From the human T2T-CHM13v2.0 reference genome, Homo sapiens: a stretch of 64,000 bases of DNA. The notes under the pieces are model-generated. The model saw only the letters and a list, made by a program, of their open reading frames with translations, was not told the DNA's origin and made no database searches. Positions within the stretch are counted from its first letter, which is position 1, and the number at the start of each line of letters is the position of its first letter. Made by a program: the position numbers and the translations under genes. Positions 44,749 to 57,071 of the stretch are shown here, piece by piece. Location: assembly GCF_009914755.1 (NCBI RefSeq), contig NC_060926.1; one strand, 5' to 3'.

Positions 44749-44845
44749 GATTGTATCTCAACCACCTAGTTCCCACAGCTGGAATGTATATCATTTATTT
44801 TTAAAATGTTTCTGAAGCACCTGTTATATTCCTGGCCCTATGTAG
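44749..44845 (+). other. Candidate non-coding exon (splice signals only)
   Basis: Branch-like TACTGAC at 44707, acceptor TATTTTTCTTTTGCACAG|G, donor TAG|GTAAGT; no transcript evidence. Confidence 0.3.
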
Positions 44846-45059
44846 GTAAGTACCAATGTGGGAAGGTGAGAACCTGGGGTGGGGGTGACAGACCTGATGT
44901 TCTGCGTCATAGGGCATCAAGCTAAGGGTCCAGTCATGTAGGTAGGAGGCACTCAACATCTCTGCAAACAAGGCAGTGGGTAATAATGTGAAGTGATTAA
45001 AACAAACCAAATTCTGTAAGATAGCAGAAGTTAGGAGGGTGGGGGCGCCCTTTCTTTGC

Positions 45060-45440
45060 CAAATGACTTGACAGATGAAGGAAGGAAGAGGGTGTTGCAC
45101 ATTCCAAGATGAGAATATGTTATGTGGCAATGCAAGGAGTCAGAAGTGTGGTGCAAATTTGGGAATGATGAGAATTACAAAGTGTAGATGAGGGACTGGC
45201 AGAAAAGAGAGATTAGAGCTAGATTCCAGAAGGCCTTAAAAATCAGGCTAAGCTTAACTTTTAGTAGACAAAGGGGAGCCACTGAATTTTCTTGAGGAAA
45301 GCAGTGACAAGATTAATCTGCTGGAGAGGACAGGATAAACTGGTGTGCAAAGAACAGAGAGGCAGAATGTCCAGGTCAACCACCATCACCTGAGTGTGAG
45401 ATGATGAGAGCTGGACCAGGGATCTGCTTGTTCACATGGA
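45060..45440 (-). mobile_element. L2 fragment
   Basis: GAAGGCCTTAAAAATCAGGCTAAG..GGGGAGCCACTGAATTTT..TGAGATGATGAGAGCTGGACCAGG. Confidence 0.6.
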
Positions 45441-47169
45441 GATTAGCGATACAAATTGAGAGATGATTAGTGGTGGTGATTTACACTGTGTGAAATATCT
45501 AATGAGATAAAATGTGTGAAGAAGGATGTAATGTTATGGGAAAGGTGCTGAGGTGTAACAAGGAAATGGATGTTCTTAACAATGTTTACAATACTAAGCA
45601 TGACTTAAGCGAGTTAGGGAGAGTGTTATTTTAGAAGGAGTAGGGAAAGCACTCACAAGTGACACACACAACAACCTTGCCACCATAGCAAAGGCACCTC
45701 CAGGGGAGGTCAACACTCACTGCTTCTCTTTCCCCGGACCTAACTAGTCATCTCCTTTCCTCCACACCTCCCAAGATATAGGGCCAAAGAAAAGCAATTC
45801 CTTTCTGAGTAGCCTGTGGGATGCCATTTAATGTATAGTTCATTTGGGGCAGTCAGGCCAGCAGGAGATGAAATATCAACTCATCCCAAACCTGTCCTTG
45901 AACATGAAAAAAGGATTTGTCAGCTACACAGGATTCTATGTGAAAGCAGGCAGGGAATGTTTTTAGATGGAGGAATGGAGAATAGTGGAATAGAACCACC
46001 TGGAACCACATCTGCTTCCTGGTGCCTCACTGTCAATATCATAGCTATTTGGAGCCCTGCTGATGACCTCAGGGATGAGAGATGACGTCCATGCTCCAGA
46101 AAAAGTGTCTTGAAAAACCAGAAGGTATTTATGAACATGTTGCAGTTCTGTTCTTTCTGTTGTAAGAAAAGTAGTTTCCACTCTCCATAATTCCTTATCT
46201 TCCTCCTTCCAGAAGGCTAACTTCCCAAAAACAATAACAAACAGATGTTAAGTGCTCAGAGGAAGACTGCAGGAGCCTCTTCCTCTTCAAGCTGAGCACG
46301 CACAAAGACTTCTGCTGAATACTTGAGGTCTCTGAGCTGGCATGGAATTAAACTCTTGCCTAGATTTTCAGCAGGAGCAGCAGACAGCTGTCTTGCAGAG
46401 GGCCCTTCTGCTGCAGACCCAGAGCCTTGCAGTAGCTTCCTGACCTCTTGCAAGTCATGGAACTTTATTGACTTCAGGATGATTCATTAAAAATATTCTG
46501 AAATCAATAAACCTAGGGTTCCAAATAGTCAAATAATAGAGAAGGTTTTCTAAGTGGTCCTTTGCTCTGTGCTGCCAGTGATAATGAGGCATCGGTCTTC
46601 AAATGGTTTCTCAATCACCTGGCAGGGTTTGTCTGCAGAATCCCCATCGTAAATAAGTGCGGCCTCCCTGAAGACAAAACTGGAAAGCAAAGCTTTAAAA
46701 GATGACATCAGGAGCCACAAATTCTTGGAGGATTGTGCTTCTTTACAGATTATTGATATTTAAATCCCACAGTTACATACTGGGCCACCTCAATTAATGA
46801 CTGCCTTTGTTAACTTGTTTAGGCATGGGTCTTCTTTAAGCTAAGACAGATTCAATTACCCCTGAGACGCACTGTTCCAAAATCGATGAGGTCCTACAAC
46901 TTATATTTATATGCAACTCAGTGAGAGAGAGTTTTGAATCCTGGTGGCCAGGGATATAATATTAGCTACCTTCAACTCATTAATTAATTATTGCTATTAA
47001 ATAAGTGCCTACTGTCTGCAGTATGCTAATCTAAGTGCTGGAGAATTTTTTTAAAAACAGAACATAGCCAATCTTCGTCTCCAAGTTGAGTACAGTCTCA
47101 CAGTGTATAGGAATCATACAAGTAAAATAGAGCTGTGACCCAAAAGCAATAGGAGAGGGAATTTTGAAA

Positions 47170-47420
47170 TAATAATTAATAATAATGTATATATATCATA
47201 TAGTATGAGCCAAGCACTAGTCTAAGTAATTTAGATATGGTTATTTTATTAATCTTCTCAATAGCCCTATGAGGTTGGTGCGATATTTATTTTCATTTTA
47301 AAGATCAGAAAACTTAGGCTCATGGAATTTAAGCTATTTACCTGAGGTCATAAAACTACTAAGTGGCAGAGCTGAGGTTTGAACTAGATTTCTACAGTCT
47401 AGCTCTGAATGTCACTCTCC
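47170..47420 (-). mobile_element. MIR
   Basis: TATGAGCCAAGCACT..TTAATCTTCTCAATAGCCCTATGAGGT..CATTTTAAAGAT..AAGTGGCAGAGCTGAGGTTTGAAC. Confidence 0.8.
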
Positions 47421-47527
47421 AAATGATTGTGTTATTGGAGTTTGGAGCCAGTCAACTGCAGTGTGGTGCAGAATGTTCAGGAAGGCTCCATGTAAGAATT
47501 AAGTTGGTCTTGAAAGAGGAGCTGGTT

Positions 47528-47827
47528 GACTGGGCATAGTGGCTCACACCTGTTATCCCAGCACTCTGGGAGGTCGAGGCCGGTGGATCTCCTGAGGTCA
47601 GGAGTTCGAGACCAGTGTGGCAAAACCCCGTCTCTACTAAAAATACAAAAATTAGCCAGGCGTGGTGGTGGATGCCTGTAATCCCAGCTACTTGGGAGGC
47701 TGAGGCAGAGACAATTGCTTGAACCCAGGAGGCGGAGGTTGCAGTGAGCGGAGATTGGGCCCCTGCACTCCAGCCTGGGTGACAGAGCGAGACACCATCT
47801 CACAATTAAAAAAAAAAAAAAAAAAAA
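47528..47827 (+). mobile_element. AluS
   Basis: Full dimer with small internal deletion, poly-A tail, TSD core AGAGGAGCT. Confidence 0.93.
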
Positions 47828-47964
47828 CAGAGGAGCTAGGATTTAGAAGCGTGAAGAGTGGGAGAACAGACATTCTAGATAGAATAGACTGTTTGGGCCA
47901 AGTTAGAGTGGCAGGAATAACTGTGGAGGAGAGAATGAATGGTACAGTCGCCAAGTTTATCATC

Positions 47965-48180
47965 CCTGGAGCCAGACATCACAACTTCAAAACCTGTGAT
48001 GAGCATTTACTTGCTTCTATGACTTTGGACAAGTTTCCTAACCTCTGTTGTCCTAGGTTGCTTATTGTAAAGTGGACATAAAAAACAATGCATAAGAGCA
48101 AATTGTTTGTAAACCATTTAGAACAGACCCTGACACAGTAAGTGTCACAAGAGGCATTTTCAAGTGAATAAATGTAAGTT
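47965..48180 (+). mobile_element. MIR
   Basis: CTGGAGCCAGAC..TGACTTTGGACAAGTTTCCTAACCTCT..TTAGAACAGACCCTGACACAGTAAGTG. Confidence 0.7.
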
Positions 48181-49469
48181 AGGGGCATTGAGAGACAGGC
48201 CTGGCTAAAAGGCTAAATGGTATTCAACTGCTTGCCAGTATGTGTCTTTCTTATTGTCTTCCCCCTCAAGGGCCACCTCCTTGGCCTCCTAGTGTAGTTT
48301 TTGCTTGGGAATAGAATTAGAGACAGCTCCCGGTCAAATTCCATTATATAGGACACCAGTGCAATTGACACCAAAATAACCACAAACATTTACCCAGATC
48401 TTTCATGTGCAAAGCACTTTTAGGTTTAGTCAGTAATTTAGAAAAAAAGAAAGTGCAGTTAGAATGCCTCCAAGCGGAACCAGTTGCATTGAAAGCCTGC
48501 GGCTATATCAAACCCATGGCTGGCTGCAGTACGGTGCAGAAGTGGCTGGTTCCGAAGCTCGGAGCACTCCTGGGAGTGAAAGAATGAGTCAAAGGGGTCA
48601 AAAGCCCTTACTAGCTCATTAATACTATCTGGATTTAAAAGAGAGATTCCCAAATCCCAGGAGGTGGCTCACTGCTTGGAACAAAACCTGATGCATTAAC
48701 ATCCTAGAATTCCAAAATGATCCCTGAAGCTCTGCAGTTATGCTGCTGGAATGTGATTTATACAGAAGCTAGTGCTGCCAAGACCCAGTGTGGGGAGGCA
48801 GCCTAGCAAGGCAATAATTGAGAATGCAATGACCTTATCTAGTTTCGAACCTTTCAATTAAATAGGAGAAGCACATCTCAAGAGTTCTGGGCCCCCAGCC
48901 CCGGGCCCCTGCTGACCTCTCTGTCACCATACGCCTATGGGTGGCAGACCTAACATGTTACCACATCAGATCTCACTCTGAGCAGCCCAGCAGGTTTTGG
49001 AAAGTGTCACAGAGGCCATCTACAGAGCCTACTCTCTGTGAACTTGCTGCCTTCGACCTGAGGATGAACCCAGGCAATGATCCTAGATCCAGCTCAAAAG
49101 CAGTTTCAGTTTATTTTGGGAGGTTATACTTTGGGGGATGAGATGGGAACATGCTGGTGAAAGGAGAGAAAGAATTCACCTGATGCAACAAGAATGCTCA
49201 TATGCACTGTTTAAAAATGTTTTACCAACTTAAGAGTATGATGAGTTAGGCTTTTTCCTTATGCTATCGCACAGCATCCCATGGCTACTACTATAGCCCA
49301 GAGAGTATTAGAGAAGAAATGGATCAAGATCATGCTCTCTGGAGTCAGAGAGACCATGGTCTGCATTCATAGCTCTATGGAATTAGAAAATTGTACTATT
49401 AGTGTTCCCACATCTGGGAGCATGTTCAGTTAGAAATCAAATGACTCTTATTTCCAATGTGAGAGTCAA

Positions 49470-50253
49470 TCATTTTATTCATTCTGAGATGCTAATTGCC
49501 ATAACAAGAAACCCCCAACTCTCAGTGGCTTAGCACAATAGAAGTTTCCTTCTTACTGTTGTCACCCTGTCTAATGTGGGTTGGCAGCAGGGGGTTGGAG
49601 GGCGGGTGTGTGGTTCTACTCCACACAGTCACTAAGGGATCCAGGCTTCTTGGATGTAGCAGGTCTCTCCAGCTCCAAGGACCCTGACATTTTATACTAG
49701 TTCCCTCTACAACTGACAGACAAGCTAAAAGGAAAGTGTTAAGATCCAGGTGTGGAAAGGACTTACATCACTCCCACCCATGTTTCTACTGTCACATGGC
49801 CCCATCTAGAAAGGGACTACATTTCTGATATGGTTTGGCTGTGTCCCCACCCAAATCTCACCTTGAATTATAATGATCCCCACATGTCAAGGGCAAGGCC
49901 AGGTGGAGATTATTGAATCATGGGGGTGGTTTCCCCCATACCGTTCTCGTGATTTTATAATGGGGAGTTCCCCTGCACACGCTATCTTTTTCTTGCCTGC
50001 CTCATGTAAGACATGACGTTGCCCCTCCTTTGCCTTCCATCATAATTGTGAGACCTCCCTAGCCATGTGGAACTGTGAGTCAATTAAACCTCTTTCCTTT
50101 ATAAATTACCCAGTTGGGAATGTCTTTATTAACAGCGTGAGAAGGGAATAACACAATTTCCGTGAAGGGAGGGTAGGCAAATGTAGTCTATCTCTGCACG
50201 CATGAGGAAAGGGAATGAATGGGGCTTGGTGTACATTTATGTTGCCTGCCACA
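49470..50253 (-). mobile_element. MLT1 LTR (MLT1J/K-like) split by THE1
   Basis: ATAACAAGAAACCCCCAACTCTCAGTGGCTTAGCACAATAGAAGTTT..GTCACATGGCCCCA; resumes after THE1 with AAATGTAGTCTA..CTGCCACA. Confidence 0.7.
49826..50155 (+). mobile_element. THE1B-like solo LTR
   Basis: TGATATGGTTTGGCTGTGTCCCCACCCAAATCTCA...AATAACACA; 5-bp TSD ATTTC at 49821-49825 and 50156-50160. Confidence 0.93.
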
Positions 50254-51168
50254 GTTAGGGAGGCTTCATGGAGGGAGTAATATCTAAGCTCCCTGAGAAC
50301 ATACGTCCGTGCAGCCTGCCCTGTCTCTCAAGTTGGAAGTAACCGCAGAGGTCATTTTAGTTGCTGTCTCAGAGTTGAGCTAAGCACGGAGTTGAGTGCG
50401 CAGTAATTGCTTGGAAAACATTTGGTGGTTGATCTGAAATGGGATCTACAGAAAAACATTGCAGACAGGGAGGCTGAGGGTGGAGGCTGGGCCCAGCATC
50501 CAAAGCTAGAGTGCTGATGCTGAGTGGGTGTCAGAGGGACATTGGGAGGATTCCTACAAATTAACCCTCATGGTTGGGGGAAGGAAGGGAAGAGAATCTG
50601 TCCAGCACTTTGCAACTGTCATGTGCGTTAGAAGCACTTCCTATACAGTACAAATATCTAGACAACCCCTGTTAAACGTCATGTGTATTTGACAGGTACC
50701 TAATTTGGATTCACTAAATGGTACCTGAAATATGTAATCTGAAATACAAATAGATACTTGTTTACAATTACCCCATGGTTGCTTCTTTTACATGGAGTTA
50801 AAAGATTTCTAATCTTGCAGCTTAAAACAAAAATCCCAATAAAACATTTTCAGTGATAAATCTCTGTTGTTCCAGTGGGTTAGAGTCTTATGATGACAAT
50901 GGCCTTGAGAGGTCATTTGATCCTTTTTCCATTTTCCTGGGGAGACTCCAGCTAATGATAAGGAGTACATGTCTTGTTTTAGCACCTCAGAAAAGGATAA
51001 AACATAGAATATCAGAGTCAGGAGAGCCCATGGCTGCTCTGTTCTGCTGAGACTCACCAAGTGCAGACCACTTGCCTATATCAGAGCTGGCAACAAGAAC
51101 TTGCACCCCTGGCCCTGACTCCCGCTGTACTTGTCCTGCCTGAGACTCCGGCCCTCATTGTCAGCCTC

Positions 51169-51557
51169 CGTCCTCTGTGGCTTGGACTGCCATAACAAAA
51201 TACCACAGACTGCATAGCTTAAGACACAAAAATGTATTTCTCATAGTTCCAGAGGTTAGAGTTTCAAGATCAAGGTGCCAGCCGGGTTGGTTTCTAGAGA
51301 GGCTTCTCTTCCCTCTTGCTTACAGCCTCTTCTTGCTGTGGCCTGTTCTCTGCGTGCTGGTACAGAGAGAAAGAACTCTGGTATCTCATCCTTTTCTTAG
51401 AAGGACGCCAGTCCTATCAGATTAGGGCTCACCCTATGACCTTATTTAACTATAATTACCTTAATTACCTCCTTAAAGGCTCTACCTCCAAATACAGTCA
51501 TAGTGGGGGTTAGGCCTTAAAGCAATTTTGTTTGGGGACACAGTTCAGTTCACAACA
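51169..51557 (-). mobile_element. MLT1A/B-like LTR
   Basis: CTGCCATAACAAAATACCACAGACTG..CAAGATCAAGGTGCCAGC..CTCCAAATACAGTCA..GGGGACACAGTTCAGTTCACAACA. Confidence 0.85.
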
Positions 51558-52147
51558 GACCCTCACTCCTAAGGACCACCCTAAATCCCCACGCCACCGT
51601 GCGGAGCTGGGTGCTGGCACATAGGGGCGTTCCTTTGTCTCAGGGCCCAGTCAGTGCCTGAGATCTGCGTGTTGCCTGTCCACGATCATCCCCTCCTCTG
51701 GTCCTCCCAAAGCTAATCACAAATGCCTAGGTGTGCCAAAACAGCCTTCCATGAGACATTGACAAATATTCTGGCTGAACATGCTTAGTGGCAGCCTGCG
51801 TCCTTGTCTTCTACCTTCTTCAAGGCTCTGACCCTAGAAAACAGGAACACAGTGGCTTCAGGGTTCTGAGTGTTGACCCTGCCTGGACCAAACACTTCCC
51901 ATGGTCACATGGAACTATATGAATTAGATTTCTGTGTTCTGATCTTATTCGTCACCTGGTGGAGATCATTTAGTCATTCAACAGATTTTGCTGATTTTGA
52001 CACATGCACTGCCTCATGAATAGCATGGCTCTTGTTTCTGCGGTGGGCAGAGAGCAAAAGCAAGGGAGGACACAGCCCCTGATCTCCCTGAGCAGTGTGA
52101 AGCCTCCTAACAGACAGTGCAGGAATCATTGTCGCATTTCCTTTTAG

Positions 52148-52246
52148 ATCAAGCCAGGACTGCTGGGTGGAAGGCAGAGAAGGGAGTGCTCAGAACGAAT
52201 GCCCGTGTTCTGTTTCCTGCTCACCATCCATTCTGTGTCATTCTGG
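52148..52246 (+). other. Candidate non-coding exon (splice signals only)
   Basis: Acceptor CATTTCCTTTTAG|A, donor TGG|GTAAGT, 99 bp. Confidence 0.3.
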
Positions 52247-52441
52247 GTAAGTGATAACCCCTGCGCGAGTCTCAGCCCCCGATGTATTGACTGGGAGGGT
52301 GGTCTAAATGGAAGTTCCAGCCTCCCTCAGATCTGGGGTGCCACAGAAGACCAACCTGCTGTCGCATCCCTTTTCCTTTCCTTTCTGCCCTGGGATGTCC
52401 CAGAGTAGCCAATTCCAAGCGCTTCGTGCACTCTGCAGAGA

Positions 52442-52844
52442 TTCCTGGGAAGTTTTGTAATCACACTAATTCCCTAGATTTCCCTGGATAGAACTGTGGC
52501 CCACGCACCTTTTCGTCAAGGGCCTGTCTCATTTTCCAGGTCCAAGAAGATGAATGTTCTGCATTTTCACCAAGGGAATGGAGTATTTCTTCCAGGAAGT
52601 TAATAAGATTGTATATTTTAGCCTCAGGGCACCAGAGAAGGGAAAGAAAAATTCCCTGAAACAACATGTCTCTTGTTTAATAAAGTTTTATTATTATTAT
52701 ATATGAGTGTGTGGGAACGAGAAATCTATATCCGTTCTTTGCCGTCACAGCTTTATTGGTTCTGAGCTTAAAAAATCAGTTTGGTGACTAACAGAATAAA
52801 GAACTGACTGACCGGTGATTTTTAATATTTGGCTCTTCCTGGAA
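52442..52844. promoter_or_regulatory. Cluster of STAT/GAS-type motifs (candidate enhancer)
   Basis: TTCCTGGGAA 52442, TTCCAGGAA 52590, TTCCCTGAA 52652, TTCCTGGAA 52836 in apparently repeat-free DNA. Confidence 0.35.
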
Positions 52845-53125
52845 GCAATCTAACAGAGTAAGAGCTTATTGGAAAGTGTAGATGATGTGGAAATGAGTTA
52901 CGCAGAGAGGTGGGCTGTCTGGGCTGGCACCTTGGGAAGGACAGGCAGATATGACAGGGGCCTCTGAGTGCTGGCAGGGCCAGCTCAGTGCAGCACACTG
53001 GCCTTGGGGAGCAAAATGAAGCTGGCAGTTTTGCTTTTTACTGACTCCTATCTCTGTTTTAAATTCTCCAGCTGAGAGCATCATTCTGTCTTCCTCCCAT
53101 GGTGAAATACCTTCCTTCAGACAGG

Positions 53126-53189
53126 CCCCCCCCCCCCCCCCCGACTTCTACCTTCGTGTGTGTGTGTGCGCGCGTATGTGTGCATGCAC
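53126..53189. repeat. C17 homopolymer plus 35-bp alternating purine-pyrimidine tract
   Basis: C17 at 53126-53142; CGTGTGTGTGTGTGCGCGCGTATGTGTGCATGCAC at 53155-53189. Confidence 0.9.
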
Positions 53190-55919
53190 CTGTGTCTGTG
53201 TGCATTGAGCCATGGTCCCCCATCCCCTGGGGCTTGTAGTCTCAGCTGGGTTCTCTCTGCAGGAATAGTAAGCCCTGCTTCCTGCTTGGAGCTGGGCAAG
53301 GGGTCTAAACAACCTTAGCTTATCCCTAGGACTCCATAGCCTCCTACACCACAGGTTGACAATGACAGTTTTCTCTGGTCTAGAGATGGTGGTTAATGCC
53401 TTTTTTAGGAAACATCAAAATCTGATTCTGGAACCTCCACTCTGGGGTCAGGCTGTCTCACCTTAATTTCCTGAGCTTCTTTGTTAGGAGTCACAGCAAC
53501 TGACTTTGAAAACCTTGAACTAGATGAAACGTAAAATATTTTGAAATTAGCTGTTCCAGAGTAAAGTAGCAGATATGATTTTCCTTAGATGTTAAAGTCA
53601 GCAACCATATTCCCAGGAGACCATGATGACCAATGGGGTGGGTTGGAGAGTGTGCAGTGTTGAGATGATAGAAGACACGGGGTAGAGGAACAGAATTTGT
53701 GTAGGATCAGCACCAGGGCTCGAGCTATGAGGTAGAACAGTGTGTCTCTGCTATCTCCAGCGTTCCCCTGGTGCTGTAGAGCATCTTCCCAGATCTCAGA
53801 TGCCAGGGTCCCTGTGAACCATTGGTCCTTGCCCTCTGCACATCTTATTTCAGCACATGATAGGTGTAATGATTGATGAGACATATAAGGCAACCCACAC
53901 AGGCCTCAAGGGAATACGCTTCTAATAACTCTATTATAAACATCAATTATAGAAGATGGATACTGATTTGGATAAAGGAGATCATGTAGCAAAAGCAGCC
54001 ACTCTCTCTGCCTCAGCCCAAGGCTAGGGAGGATGGGCTTTATCTGGTCCCTGCATAGCTGAGTCAGCTATATATAGCCTTGCTGCTTTTTTTCTCCAGC
54101 AGAAGAGAGTGAGAAACAAGCAACTTAAAACCCCAGAAATGCTAACTGGAGTCAACAGACGCTTACTTGGAACTAGAGGCTGTTCTTCCTGCCTGGATCT
54201 CAGAGATTCAGGTTCTACTGCCCAGAAAGAGAGCAAGTATTAGGTTAGCGACATTCTAAGTTTCTTTCAGGGAAACGTTGACCTGTATTACTTTTGGTAA
54301 CAACATGCAGGAACGCATCACAGTTCAGCAGGTTGAAGTGACTGTCACAACCACTCTGTTGGGTAAAGGATTTGGGTCAAGGTTTTGGATTGACCTTCTA
54401 AAGGGTGGCCTCCTTACCATCTAACACCTTCCTTCCAGACTGAGTTTCCTGTGGGGGCACCAATGAGGTGAGCGACAGTGCCATGGAGGTAGCCTCATCC
54501 CTTTCTGCTTCCACTGCCCTCTGTCCTCTGCCTTAAGGCTGTGTGTCCTGGGGATAACTATTTAAAGCCCTGAGTCTTCTAATTTTTTTGCATTGAGTTT
54601 TCATTACACTTTAAACATTGCCACGGATGGAATTACTAAGCAGAGGCCTGATGGACATCCAGCCAGAACTCTCAGAACCCCAAAGGTCTTGACTCCGAGA
54701 GTTTGGAACCACTTGTCACTTGAATGATCTGTAGTTTTGTCTCTGATTAGTACAGAGTGATACCCTCAGTTTCTCTGGGGACCCTTCAGCCTTCTTCTTG
54801 GCCATGAGCATGTTTGACTTACTCTGCACTGTGTCTTAAAGGCAAGATTCAGGTCTAGAGGGCGGGAGGTTATGACTCCAAAGGACATGAGCAACTAAGA
54901 AGACAATTCTTTTTACAGGACCATCTTCACACAAAGGAAAGTCAACAGCTCCTTGCATGGATAACCAGAAAAAGCCTTTGGCCCATCAAACTTTCCCCCT
55001 GTGTTCTTAGTGCCCAGAATTATATTACTGGAACTTGACTCCTTTGGGATTGTAAGGCATTTTGGTCTTTCAAAGTTCTTTATTAAGATGCAAAGTCATT
55101 TAGCAAGGTTGAAAACTTATATTACCAATAAGAATTTGAAATCATTGGGGGCAGGAAAGATGACGTAAATGCTTCTTCTTATATATTAAATTCTTAGCTG
55201 CCCATGACTTTTAGAAAGTTAAGTCATTCTGCATAATCAAGGTACTCAGCTTGCTGAATGCTTATCTCTTCTAAGTCTAATTTGAGCAATATGAAATATT
55301 TTGGATGGAGATCTCATCTTAAATGTTTCCCTCTACCCTACTTTCTTAAATGTGCCTATCAAATGCAATGAAACATTTCCTTGATAACTCAAGGTCATTA
55401 CGATGAACTCCCATGGCTGCCCTCTGCATTGATTCTCTGGAGGTCCATTTTGGTAGGTGGGGGTTGCTTGTAAACTGCAGTGGCAGTTCTTGCCTTTGTT
55501 TGTAGGCTTTGTATCTTCTCCCTCTCATTCAGGCTGCTTTCAGTCCCTTCTTGCTCGTGCCAAGGTATTTTCCTTAAGGATTCCTTTCTTCCTTCTAACC
55601 TATCCTTTCAGTTACCTATGGGTGAGAAATAAGATACCCAAGCTTTTGGGGGTCTGCATGAGAAACAAGAGAAGACAGGCTTTAAATAAGAATTTCTTCC
55701 ATAGACAAAGCCAAAAATATTATTACAGAAAAAAATTGATTCTTACTACACAGGTATTTTTGCTTTTCTCTGGTTCTTATTTGGATAAGTGACATGGCAA
55801 GATATCCTCATGCGTGATCAAGAAGGTAAGTTGCTTTAGAAAGTTAGAGACAGCCATGTCCTCCCCTAAAGCATAAGGGAGTGGGCAGCAGTTGGCAATC
55901 TCACTGCTCAATTTCTGCC

Positions 55920-56062
55920 CAGGGTGCAAGTTTCCTAAAAATAATGTCCTGTCCAAAGTGGGACAATTTTGAGAATGAAAGGGCACAATATCAATAATTA
56001 CTTTAAGACAACAGGCATAGACTAGGACGTTCCTAGGTAAATCAGGACCTATGGTCTCTGTA
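55920..56062 (+). mobile_element. MER94-like hAT-Blackjack MITE
   Basis: GTCCAAAGTGGGACAATTTTGAGAATGAAAGGG..AATAATTAC..GACAACAGGCATAGACTAGGAC..CAGGACCTATGGTC. Confidence 0.7.
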
Positions 56063-56525
56063 TTTCTAGGAAAAATTTTGGTAACATCAGCTGATAGATA
56101 GAACTAAAAATGCAGTGGTCTTCCGCAAGTTGTGATTTTAGTCATGGCAGTAGTCATAGACCCAGGGTGGACAACTTCTCCAGTTGCATTTAAGTTTAAG
56201 GTCATGAAGGTCATGAACTCTGGACAATGGCACAGGATGACTGACATCCCAACAAGGCTCAAACCAAGATTTTATGGTTTCTCTTATACTTTATATGCCT
56301 ACTTTTCTGCCTCTAAATACCACTTAGTTTCTTGGGTTGACAAATGAAATGTGGATTATTTTTCTTGGAGTATCTGCTATAATAGTGTATGAGTCAGTGG
56401 TTTGCTTGGTATGAAGAGTTACAATCATTATATTGGACAATGTATGCAAAGCACTTGGTCTAATATCTGAAATATAGTAAGCACTCAAGTTTAGCTAAGG
56501 AAAACACATGTGCACTCATGAGAAT

Positions 56526-56550
56526 ACACACACACACACACACACACACA
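56526..56550. repeat. (AC)12 microsatellite
   Basis: Direct reading. Confidence 0.95.
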
Positions 56551-56559
56551 GAAAAATAG

Positions 56560-57045
56560 ATAATTCCACTTGAAAACTAAAGTACAGTCTGACAGTATGT
56601 ATCAATATTTAAGATATCCTTTGGCCCAGATATCCAGCCTCTAAGACTTAGCCTTAAGGGTAAGCATTTTTATCACAATGTTATTTATAATAGTGAAAAA
56701 TTAGAATAAGCCCAACTCCATCAACAGATTAGTTAAAAGAATAGCAGGACATCTAAAAACTAGAATGTGATATATAGCTACTAAAAATAACAAAGAAGAA
56801 TTATAATTATTGATATAAAAAGTCAATGGCATCAAATTAAAATGAAACTTGCACAGTATTTATGGGGTGCTTTTTGTCAAAAGAATGAAAGAAAAGAAAA
56901 ATCAAAAAATATCTTAAATATATATTCCAATGTATTTTTAGTTATTATCTTTAATTATGGGAAAGGGGGTAATCTTTACTTTCTTTTCTGAATGTTCTGA
57001 ATTATACACATGCATACATATATACATTTCATAATCAGAATGAAG
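56560..57045 (+). mobile_element. L1ME 3' fragment
   Basis: CAGTCTGACAGTATGTATCAA..ATCCTTTGGCCCAG..TGTTATTTATAATAGTGAAAAATTAGAA. Confidence 0.6.
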
Positions 57046-57071
57046 TTGTACAGTTATTTAAAAATAACTCT

